DNA of 57,652 bases, from contig CAZZLQ010000005.1 in NCBI GenBank assembly GCA_964655245.1, forward strand, positions 1-57,652, read 5' to 3'. Below the pieces are notes generated by a model, which saw nothing but the letters and a program-made list of their open reading frames with translations, was not told where the DNA came from and ran no database searches. Positions 30,542 through 38,647 of the stretch are shown here, one piece after another. Numbering within the stretch: position 1 is the stretch's first letter; each line of letters opens with the position of its first letter. The translations under genes and the position numbers were made by a program. Source of the stretch: an uncultured Bacteriovoracaceae bacterium (GTDB lineage: Bacteria > Bdellovibrionota > UBA2394).

Positions 30542-32353
30542 GTGTCGATTCTTTTGAATGCTGAAAATCTTTCGATGTCCTTTGAAGCAAAAACCTTGTT
30601 TCAAGAGATCGGCTTCTCCATTCACGAGGGCGAGAAAATCGGACTTATCGGTTCAAACGCCGCCGGCAAATCGACGCTTCTGAAAATCATCGCTCGCAAA
30701 CTAGAGCCCGACTCAGGGCGACTTGTGTTTCGGGCCAATACCACCGTGAGCACTCTCGAGCAGGATCCCCAGTTTAAGCCTGGGCAAAGCGTGCTTGAAG
30801 CACTCCATGAAGCACTTCCGCACGAAGAAGCCTGGCAAGTTCAAATCAAATCCGAGGAAATGATTTGGCAGCTAGGCCTGAGGAATTGGGCAATCGATTT
30901 TACCCAAGATGTGGGAGCTCTTTCCGGAGGTTGGAAAAAGCGAGTAGCACTTCTCAAAGCTCTTCTTCCAAAGCCCGATCTCTTGCTGCTCGATGAGCCC
31001 ACGAACCATCTCGACATTGAGGGAATTCTTTGGCTTGAAGCAGTGATTGCACAGTCCAAGTATGCCTGTTTGACGATTACTCACGATCGAGTCTTTCTTC
31101 AGCGAGTCAGCAAACGAATCCTGGAGCTCGACAGACGAAACCCCCATGGGCTTTTGAACGTCGAGGGCTCATACCAGGAATATCTGCAAACCAAAGAGGC
31201 GATGTTGATTGCACAGCAAGGTCGAGAGGCTTCTCTTCGATCTATTTTGAGACGAGAGACCGAATGGCTCAAAGCCGGAGTCAAAGCTCAACGCAGCAAA
31301 CAAAGCGCACGCATCCAACGCCACGCTGTTTTCAGCGGTGAACTCAAAGACACGGCAAGCCGAAACACGGAAACATCGATCAGCATGGAGTTTCAGTCGG
31401 CCAAGGAACCTCCCAAGAGATTGCTCGAAGCCAAGAGAATCTCGAAATCGTTTGCACCTGATCACAAGCTGTTTCATGACCTGGATCTGTTTATTGGTCC
31501 CGATACTCGACTGGGCATCATTGGAGAAAATGGCTGCGGCAAATCAACTCTCCTCAAGGTCCTGCTCGATGAAGAGCGCCCAGACTCAGGGCACATCTTT
31601 CGATCTGAACTTCTGAAAGCAGCATTTTTTGAGCAGAACAGAAGCGCTCTTGACCCCAATCAAAGTCTGATGCGAGCAGTTTGTCCTTACGGTGATTCAG
31701 TTTACTTTCAGGGGCGTCAGGTTCACATTCGAAGCTATCTTGATCGATTTTTGTTTTCTCAAGAACAACTTGATCTTCCCATTTCTAAACTCTCCGGAGG
31801 AGAACAAAGTCGTGTGCTCATTGCAAAGCTCATGCTGATTGAATGCAATCTGCTAGTCCTTGATGAGCCTACGAATGATCTTGATCTCATGAGCCTCAAT
31901 ATTCTTCAAGATTGTCTGAACGAATTCGAGGGAGCTGTCATTCTTGTGAGCCATGATCGCTACTTCTTAGATCAAGTTTCTGAGGATATTTTAGCCTTCC
32001 CGGTGGAGCCTCGAGCCAAGAAGCGAGGTGAGCTGGGTCGCTTCTCCAGTATCACTCAGTGGGAGAGCTGGCATCGCAGCCAAACTGAAGAGGCGATCGT
32101 CGAAACCCCACAATCAAAAAAGAATAGTCCCAAGGAGACTCCTGCTCCCAGGAGTCATACGTCAAACAACCAGCTCAACCAGATGACCAAAAAGATTGAG
32201 CAGCTCGAAAAAAAGGCCAAACGTCTGGAGGATGAGTGTCAGCAATTGAATGAAGCAGGAAAAGTTTCTGAGCTGATTTCTAAGGGTCAGGAACTTGCGA
32301 GCGTTCAAGCTGAGATTGACCAACTCTACAAAGACTGGGAGAGCCTTGCGTAA
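30542..32353 (+). CDS. ABC-F family ATPase (Uup-like)
   Basis: Two ABC cassettes (GKST, LSGG, LLDEPTN, HDR twice), no TM segments, C-terminal coiled coil. Confidence 0.9.
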   Translation: MSILLNAENLSMSFEAKTLFQEIGFSIHEGEKIGLIGSNAAGKSTLLKIIARKLEPDSGRLVFRANTTVSTLEQDPQFKPGQSVLEALHEALPHEEAWQVQIKSEEMIWQLGLRNWAIDFTQDVGALSGGWKKRVALLKALLPKPDLLLLDEPTNHLDIEGILWLEAVIAQSKYACLTITHDRVFLQRVSKRILELDRRNPHGLLNVEGSYQEYLQTKEAMLIAQQGREASLRSILRRETEWLKAGVKAQRSKQSARIQRHAVFSGELKDTASRNTETSISMEFQSAKEPPKRLLEAKRISKSFAPDHKLFHDLDLFIGPDTRLGIIGENGCGKSTLLKVLLDEERPDSGHIFRSELLKAAFFEQNRSALDPNQSLMRAVCPYGDSVYFQGRQVHIRSYLDRFLFSQEQLDLPISKLSGGEQSRVLIAKLMLIECNLLVLDEPTNDLDLMSLNILQDCLNEFEGAVILVSHDRYFLDQVSEDILAFPVEPRAKKRGELGRFSSITQWESWHRSQTEEAIVETPQSKKNSPKETPAPRSHTSNNQLNQMTKKIEQLEKKAKRLEDECQQLNEAGKVSELISKGQELASVQAEIDQLYKDWESLA

Positions 32354-32458
32354 GCAATGCCCCATCGATCGAGTCCCGACTGCCGCACGACTTGGTTTGA
32401 CGGTGAGCCTAAGAACCTGAAAATTCAGTGAATTTAATGGGTGAACAGACTTGGCATT

Positions 32459-32474
32459 TGGCCCCTCATTTGCA
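32459..32474 (+). promoter_or_regulatory. sigma54-type promoter
   Basis: TGGCCCCTCATTTGCA: GG-N10-GC. Confidence 0.6.
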
Positions 32475-32486
32475 CAGATAGGGGTT

Positions 32487-33794
32487 GTGAACCTGAGGTG
32501 TTGGTCATTCGTGCCGTTTTCATTCTTTGCCCTTGTGGCAATAGGCACAGCATGCCCCGAACTTTTGGCTCACGATCCAAGCAGTGATTGTTCGTCCAGA
32601 CTAAAAAAAGTGACCGTGCAATCGAGTTCCCAAGCCATCACAGAGTTTCTCAAGCGAACGGGCATGAAGCCCGCCTTCAATGCTGCAGAAGAAAAGAAAT
32701 TTTTTGCCAAAGCACTTTTGCTCGAAGATCGCATTATCAAAGCGGCCTATCAGCACAAACTTACCGACGTGGAGTTATCGGACAAACGAACAAAAAAAAT
32801 CAGTCAGATCATTCTGCCCCTGCTGAAGCAGATTCCAGCTCTACAAAGCTCTCCCGAAACCCAAGCTCTTGCTGCTGACCTCAAAGAATGGAGCGAGATG
32901 CGAGAGGAACTTATCAAAAGAAATTTAGGCCTACTCGTTGTCGCTGTCCAAAGAATCAAAGATCATTCCCGGTGGGAGCATCAGATCAGCGATCAGCTCG
33001 CTAAACTTAATCAAGCTTTCCAGGGATTTGAACCCAAGTTGAATTTTAAGTTCTCAACCTACGCCATGCGCGCCTTGTTTCAAGGAATTGGAGCAACCAC
33101 AGCAAAAATGCTTTCTCCTCAATTTACCAACTCTCAGTCGCACTTGCTGGCCAAAAGAATCAAGGCTCGAATGGAAGAAAGATTTCGTCAAGACAATGTC
33201 GAGATGTCAGTCGGGGAGATCGCCGAAGAGTTTAAGATTTCGGTTCACCGAGCACGAAGTTTATTGGCGCTTTCGAGCATCCGAGCCATTGAACTGGATG
33301 CCAAGCTGAGTGCGGACTCTGACTTCGACAATGGAGATCTCGTGGCAGCAACTGAGTATCAAAGTCTTAGAAGCTTGGAGAAATCGGAGCAACGCCTTCG
33401 TTTGATAAGGGAGCTTCTTGATAAAATCACCGACCCGACGACCCGAGAGGTCATGACACTGAAAAGTCAAGGTTTGACCCTGCTCGATATTGTCAAAAGG
33501 CTTGATGGCGAAATCCTTAGCAAGCAGGGAGTCAAATTGAGATACGAAGAAGGTGTCCGCGCTCTGAGAGCCATCACTGCGATTGAAGCAGGCAAGGTGT
33601 CCTTGCCGACCTCAAAGCAGATTCTCATCGACTTTTATGGTCTTTATGGCCGACAAAAGCGCGCGCACCATCTCATCGCCGCCGAACAAAACATCAGCAG
33701 GACAGAGGTTCTTTCAATCATTCAGAACCTTACCAAAAACGCCAATGAGGATTGGCTCGATAAAATTCTGGAATCACGACAGTCTCATCGCTGA
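32487..33794 (+). CDS. Divergent sigma70-family factor with N-terminal signal peptide
   Basis: Region 1.2 (EFLKRTGMKPAFNAAEE), 2.1 (REELIKRNLGLL), 2.3 (FEPKLNFKFSTYA), 3 (EIAEEFKIS..ELDA), region 4-like HTH; hydrophobic leader ending ELLA; start 32487 or 32511. Confidence 0.75.
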   Translation: MNLRCWSFVPFSFFALVAIGTACPELLAHDPSSDCSSRLKKVTVQSSSQAITEFLKRTGMKPAFNAAEEKKFFAKALLLEDRIIKAAYQHKLTDVELSDKRTKKISQIILPLLKQIPALQSSPETQALAADLKEWSEMREELIKRNLGLLVVAVQRIKDHSRWEHQISDQLAKLNQAFQGFEPKLNFKFSTYAMRALFQGIGATTAKMLSPQFTNSQSHLLAKRIKARMEERFRQDNVEMSVGEIAEEFKISVHRARSLLALSSIRAIELDAKLSADSDFDNGDLVAATEYQSLRSLEKSEQRLRLIRELLDKITDPTTREVMTLKSQGLTLLDIVKRLDGEILSKQGVKLRYEEGVRALRAITAIEAGKVSLPTSKQILIDFYGLYGRQKRAHHLIAAEQNISRTEVLSIIQNLTKNANEDWLDKILESRQSHR

Positions 33795-33803
33795 CAACAT
33801 CGA

Positions 33804-34835
33804 TTAGAACGGATCGACCACCAACCACTGGTTCTGGCCTGGATCAAAAACGACTCGAGCAATATTGGGATCAAGAGCAACGGGTCCCGCCTCAAAGAAC
33901 ATAAGGTAGGGAGTTCGAAGTTTCTGCATGAGAGAATTATAAAAACGGGCATGCTGAAAACTAAAGGCTTCCAAGATCTGGAGCGGCAGGATTTCTCGGT
34001 CGACCAAGTCTTGGATATCCTCAATCGACAAGCCCGCATGAAAAGAGAGGACTATTCGTTGTGAGGGCTCATCGACCATTAAAATTTTTGAACTCATCGC
34101 ATTCTGAGAGGAAAGAAACTCAAAAGTCTTTCTTTGTCGTTCAAAGACAGAGGTATCTCCCAAGATCTGTTTGACTAAGAAGAGCTCCTGATCCTTGCGA
34201 GTCAAATGAATCTTGGACAGCTCCCGCTCCTCCAAGAGACGTATAAACTCGTACTTTTGCTGATTGATCTCGGCGAACTCCGAATTCAAGAGCACTTTTG
34301 TTTTGGACTGAATAACGGACGGAAGAATCTCAACGAGTCTAGGCAACAAGCGTTTAAAGACGCGATCCTGTTCTTTCACGAATTTATTGAACAAGGATCT
34401 GAGCTGACGATGATCTCGAATCCATGGAGCCTCTTTTCCGCGGCCCTGCCGGCGAACCCACATCTCAAACAACTCAGCAATCTGGAAATCGTGATTTCGA
34501 AACGAACTCCCCACCTCAAGGCCATGCTCTGGACGAACAAGCTGCGGCAGAACCTGAGCGAGATGCTTGGGCGTCAGGGGCTGATCAGATGATTGAGTGA
34601 GTGAGGTCAAAAGTTTTGAGCAAAACGGATTTGGGCCCAAAACTTCCCCATGAAAATCGGTAGCTGACAGCAATGCGGACAAAATCCAGATCAACGCAGG
34701 ACTCCCTTGAAGCCCTCTGTTAACCCGAGGTTTTGACCAAAGGCAAGCCCCCCCCGGGGCTAGTTCCGGCATCCGAAGGTTGAGGTAAGGCGCTAAATTG
34801 TTTAGGCTTTTCGAATGGGTCGACAATGGCTTCAC
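33804..34835 (-). CDS. Exported hypothetical protein, possible atypical protein-kinase-like fold
   Basis: Hydrophobic leader LIWILSALLSA; C-terminal half resembles Bud32/RIO-type kinases (FLVKQ, ILMVDEPSQRIVLSFHAG, LDPN, LVVDP); true start is probably well downstream of 34835. Confidence 0.5.
   Translation of the reverse strand: MKPLSTHSKSLNNLAPYLNLRMPELAPGGACLWSKPRVNRGLQGSPALIWILSALLSATDFHGEVLGPNPFCSKLLTSLTQSSDQPLTPKHLAQVLPQLVRPEHGLEVGSSFRNHDFQIAELFEMWVRRQGRGKEAPWIRDHRQLRSLFNKFVKEQDRVFKRLLPRLVEILPSVIQSKTKVLLNSEFAEINQQKYEFIRLLEERELSKIHLTRKDQELFLVKQILGDTSVFERQRKTFEFLSSQNAMSSKILMVDEPSQRIVLSFHAGLSIEDIQDLVDREILPLQILEAFSFQHARFYNSLMQKLRTPYLMFFEAGPVALDPNIARVVFDPGQNQWLVVDPF
34780..34808 (+). promoter_or_regulatory. 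sigma70-type promoter of a probably leaderless yebC mRNA
   Basis: TTGAGG-17nt-TAGGCT-6nt-ATG. Confidence 0.55.
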
Positions 34836-35549
34836 GCCAAACGATTGGTTGCAGGACTAAAAAAGGGTCGAGCGACCACAAAACTGGTCAAAGAGATCTC
34901 CGTCGCCGCGAAGATGGGGGGCGCTAACCCTGATATGAACCCGCGGCTCCTTGCGGCCATTGAAAAGGCACGTAAGGACAGCGTGCCCAAAGATACGATC
35001 GAGCGTGCGATCAAAAAAGGGGCTGGGCTTGGGGATGAAAAGATGTCCGTCGATCATGTGGTCTACGAAGGTTATGCTCCCCACAAGGTTCCTGTGATTG
35101 TTGAGTGTTACACGGACAATTTGAATCGAACGGGAACCGAGGTTCGAGTTCTCTTTAAAAAGGGAATTCTGGGAAGCGCCGGCAGCAATAAGTTTCTGTT
35201 TGATCATGTCGGACTTGTTGAGGCTTTTCATTCCGATCAAGCTATTGACCGAGAGGCAGCCGCCATCGAAGCCGAAGCGCAAGAGTTTGAGGTTGTTGAA
35301 TCAAGTGAAAACGATGACATCCCTGAAAATGCATCGGGCGCTCGATTTATTTGCGACCGCACCGACGTTCACAAAGTTTCTCAATGGCTCTCCAAAAATG
35401 GCTGGACCGTGATCACAGCTGAAATCGGCTACCGTCCCAAACAACTCGTGACACTTTCAGAAGCCCAAGCGGGGGAGACCGGAGAGTTTCTCCAAGCCCT
35501 CGAGGACAATGACGAGGTGCATCGTGTCTGGGCTGCTTTCAAGAACTAG
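34815..35549 (+). CDS. yebC: YebC/PmpR family protein
   Basis: KEISVAAKMGG, NPRL, VPKDTIERAIKKG, YEGYAP, TDNLNRT, LEDNDEV. Confidence 0.92.
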   Translation: MGRQWLHAKRLVAGLKKGRATTKLVKEISVAAKMGGANPDMNPRLLAAIEKARKDSVPKDTIERAIKKGAGLGDEKMSVDHVVYEGYAPHKVPVIVECYTDNLNRTGTEVRVLFKKGILGSAGSNKFLFDHVGLVEAFHSDQAIDREAAAIEAEAQEFEVVESSENDDIPENASGARFICDRTDVHKVSQWLSKNGWTVITAEIGYRPKQLVTLSEAQAGETGEFLQALEDNDEVHRVWAAFKN

Positions 35550-35596
35550 ATTCAATCGATTGTAGGAATCTCAACGACTGAAGCTTACAATGAGCC

Positions 35597-37033
35597 ATGC
35601 TCGGGGGGATTGTCGCGGCCATCATCATGACTTCTGCGATCTCGAAATCAGATCGCGTGATTCAGCACGAGAAGGTGGCTCAAGAATTCGAAGGCATTGT
35701 GTTTTTTGATGAGGGAAGGGGAATGACTCTCTCACCTGACTTCATCAACATCTATGAGTTTCTCGCATGGATGTTTGACCTCTCAAAACCTCGCCAAGTT
35801 GCAAGTCCTCAAGCCCTGGGTACGCGGATTTCTTTTAATCGTCGCTGGGGGATCGTCAATCACGACAAAGAGCTCAAAGGATTTTTTAATGTTTCTTACA
35901 AAGATCTGAATGTCGGAGCGCTAGGATGCGTTGCTTGTCATAGCGGGAAAGCTGCAGGAGTTTATATCACGGGCCTTGGCAACAAGAACATCGACCCAGG
36001 ACAAGTAGGAGAGGATGCGTATCGCAGTCTCAAACTTTGGCAAGCACTCCACTTCTGGAAAGATAAATCAAAAGACTACCAAGAGATTGAGGACCGCTCG
36101 ATTGAATTCGCAAGACGACTCAAAAACAAAGAACACAACAATCTCACTCAGGGATTGGTGCCTGTTGCAATCATTCAGCAGTGGTTCTATCTCCAAGCGG
36201 GACGCGATCTTCCTGACGGCCATGGTCGTGGTGCCGTCAAGGTTCCACACTTTTGGGGCTATGGTGAGAAGCGCTTCGTGGGTCAATTCTCCGATGGATT
36301 TGGAGACGGAGCGCACCCTGGGTGGGGGCTCTTGGTGGAACTTGTAGGCGGGCAGAGTGTGGAAGGAGCCGAAAGACTCATGCCCAGAGTCGCGCAACTG
36401 GAAGACGACTTAGCTCACATTCTACCGCCACGATATCCCTTTGAAGTTCACGCTTCCAAAAGCGCTCAAGGGAAAATCATCTTTGAGCAGTTTTGTAGCG
36501 GCTGCCATGGAACATACGAACAAGACTCGGAAGGCTGGCCAGTCTTCAAAGCACCCCAATTGATTGCGCATTCAAAGGTAAAAACGGATCCCGATAGACT
36601 CAATATCATCACCGATGATTTCTTGAATCTCGTTCATACGAATCCGTTAAACCATGAGATCAGAATCAAGCCGCAAACAGAGAAAGGATACTTTGCTCCT
36701 CGCCTTGAGGGAATCTGGTCACGCTTTCCTTATCTTCATAATGCATCAGTCCCATCCATTCGAGCGCTCCTGACAGCTCCCGAGAGGCGGCCCAAGGTCT
36801 GGAGCCTACGCGATGCAGGAGAACGAGAGCGATTTGACGAGAAGGATCTCGGACTCAAGGTTCCAGCAAAGTCCGAACTCAAAGACTTGCAAAGAAAAGC
36901 CAAAAGCGAAGATCGCGAAGTCTACGATGTCACGCGACCAGGCCATTCAAACCAAGGGCACTGGTTTCGGTTTTCCCCAGACTTAACCGAGCAGGATGTG
37001 GACTCCTTAATCGAGTATTTGAAAACCCTCTAA
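35597..37033 (+). CDS. Di-heme c-type cytochrome (RoxA-like family)
   Basis: Two heme motifs CVACH and CSGCH; LEGIWSRFPYLHNASVP; GHSNQGH; LIEYLKTL. Confidence 0.75.
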   Translation: MLGGIVAAIIMTSAISKSDRVIQHEKVAQEFEGIVFFDEGRGMTLSPDFINIYEFLAWMFDLSKPRQVASPQALGTRISFNRRWGIVNHDKELKGFFNVSYKDLNVGALGCVACHSGKAAGVYITGLGNKNIDPGQVGEDAYRSLKLWQALHFWKDKSKDYQEIEDRSIEFARRLKNKEHNNLTQGLVPVAIIQQWFYLQAGRDLPDGHGRGAVKVPHFWGYGEKRFVGQFSDGFGDGAHPGWGLLVELVGGQSVEGAERLMPRVAQLEDDLAHILPPRYPFEVHASKSAQGKIIFEQFCSGCHGTYEQDSEGWPVFKAPQLIAHSKVKTDPDRLNIITDDFLNLVHTNPLNHEIRIKPQTEKGYFAPRLEGIWSRFPYLHNASVPSIRALLTAPERRPKVWSLRDAGERERFDEKDLGLKVPAKSELKDLQRKAKSEDREVYDVTRPGHSNQGHWFRFSPDLTEQDVDSLIEYLKTL

Positions 37034-37110
37034 GGACTCCTCGCCCCACCTTTGACCACTCGATGCCCCTTGAAACATGAGAAAATGCCAATCATTTCAA
37101 TAACTAAGGT

Positions 37111-37126
37111 CGGCCGGTTTCTTGCA
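37111..37126 (+). promoter_or_regulatory. sigma54-type promoter
   Basis: CGGCCGGTTTCTTGCA: GG-N10-GC. Confidence 0.55.
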
Positions 37127-37140
37127 CTTTGAACACTCGT

Positions 37141-37866
37141 ATGGTGCGTATGTTTGCTGGATCATTCATTTTCCTGTTGGCCATCTCTCACGCCAGTTTT
37201 GCTGACGGCTGCAAGCGAGCAGTTGCTAAAGCGACTTCCTTCAAGCGCTCGCCCGAATCCATTCAATTCTGGAAAGCGATTGGAGAAAAACCTCCAGCGA
37301 CCTTTGATGAGTTGTCTGCCAAGCATCATCCTCAGTTTATCAACGGACTGCCCAGCTATGAGTCTCGGCCGGACGATATGGGATTTACGGATTGGGCCTT
37401 TGCGTTTGCGCGAGCTCACCCTCTCGATTCCAAACTCATCAATGCCGCTCGCTGGTTAGGCCAGGAAACCAAGAAAGAATTCCAGGATCTGATGCGGCGG
37501 ATTGAGTTATCTCAAGGTCAGGGAATCGAAGCGAATGGAATGGAGCTCGCGATGAGATCTCAATACTACTCTGAAATGCGCCAGGCACTTGCCGGCGAAA
37601 TCATGCCGTTTCCTGAGCAGGGGGAGGATGGACTTGAGGCATTTTTCAAACGAAAAAACGGCGGAACTTTCGTCGATCTGTATGAAGCTCACACAAGACT
37701 CTATCAGCATGAGACAGAACTCATGAAGCTCAAGGCTTCATTGCCGGAAAACTTCTCTGATATTTCTCGTCTTGAGCACGCCATTTCATTTTACAAAATT
37801 ATTATTGAAAGGATTCCGGACCATGCCAAAGCGCGGTTGAAGAAGGCGGCTCTCAATGCAAACTAA
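37141..37866 (+). CDS. Exported hypothetical protein (paralog A)
   Basis: Signal peptide ending ASFA; clear similarity to the next ORF. Confidence 0.75.
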   Translation: MVRMFAGSFIFLLAISHASFADGCKRAVAKATSFKRSPESIQFWKAIGEKPPATFDELSAKHHPQFINGLPSYESRPDDMGFTDWAFAFARAHPLDSKLINAARWLGQETKKEFQDLMRRIELSQGQGIEANGMELAMRSQYYSEMRQALAGEIMPFPEQGEDGLEAFFKRKNGGTFVDLYEAHTRLYQHETELMKLKASLPENFSDISRLEHAISFYKIIIERIPDHAKARLKKAALNAN

Positions 37867-38647
37867 CTTGAGACATCGACTCCAGATTTGCTTCCGGTTC
37901 AGCCTGGCGATTACTTTGGCACTTCCTCTATCGTCCAAGATTTTTGCTCACGACTGCCAGTGGCTTCTGACTCGAATCTCTCAGACCCATCAACCCAAGA
38001 TCGTCGAGAGATCCGACATTTCTTTGAAATTTTGGAGATCATCCACCAAGGTGAATCCTGAAACCTTTGATCAGTGGGCATCTCGATCTAAGCCTGAATA
38101 TATCAATGGACTGCCGACCTTCGAATCCAGACCGGATGCTCAGGGCTTCACAAACTGGGTGATCGCCTTTGGACGAGCGCATCGACTAAACTCAAAACTC
38201 ATCGCAGAAACTGAACGCCAACAGGCTCAAAGCTCGTGGGATTTTAAAAAGGCGTTTGAGGAGTTCAAGAAAAACCCCTCAGATGAAGTCGAAAATCATT
38301 TAGCCCTGCTCGCTTCCAAGGCTCAATACTACCGTGAAATGCAGCAGGCTCTGTCAGGCGATTTCTTTCCTTATCCTGAGCAGGGCCGAGAAGCTCTTAA
38401 TCGATTTCTTGATGAACGTTCAGGCGATCTCAAAATGGACCTCGAGGAAGCGCACATACGGCTCTGGCAAGCAGAGTCTCGGCTGACGGAGGAGATGTAT
38501 CAAAGAGAGTCGAGCCTTGTGGAAACACTGCCGCTTCTTCGAGAGATCAATTTTTACAAAGATGCCATCTCGGAGATCTCAGCGCGAATCAGTTCCCAAC
38601 AAACAAGTGAGACGTCGAGATCAATGTCCCGCAGCCGCTTGCCTTAG
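37856..38647 (+). CDS. Exported hypothetical protein (paralog B)
   Basis: Signal peptide ending KIFA; shares INGLP..ESRPD..GFT.W and QYY.EM.QAL.G...P.PEQG with paralog A. Confidence 0.75.
   Translation: MQTNLRHRLQICFRFSLAITLALPLSSKIFAHDCQWLLTRISQTHQPKIVERSDISLKFWRSSTKVNPETFDQWASRSKPEYINGLPTFESRPDAQGFTNWVIAFGRAHRLNSKLIAETERQQAQSSWDFKKAFEEFKKNPSDEVENHLALLASKAQYYREMQQALSGDFFPYPEQGREALNRFLDERSGDLKMDLEEAHIRLWQAESRLTEEMYQRESSLVETLPLLREINFYKDAISEISARISSQQTSETSRSMSRSRLP

Noticed and set aside
34742-34760. G8 tract plus CTTGCC upstream of the kinase-like gene as a sigma54 or phase-variable promoter
   Set aside because: GG-to-GC spacing is 9, not 10; a single sequence cannot show tract variation
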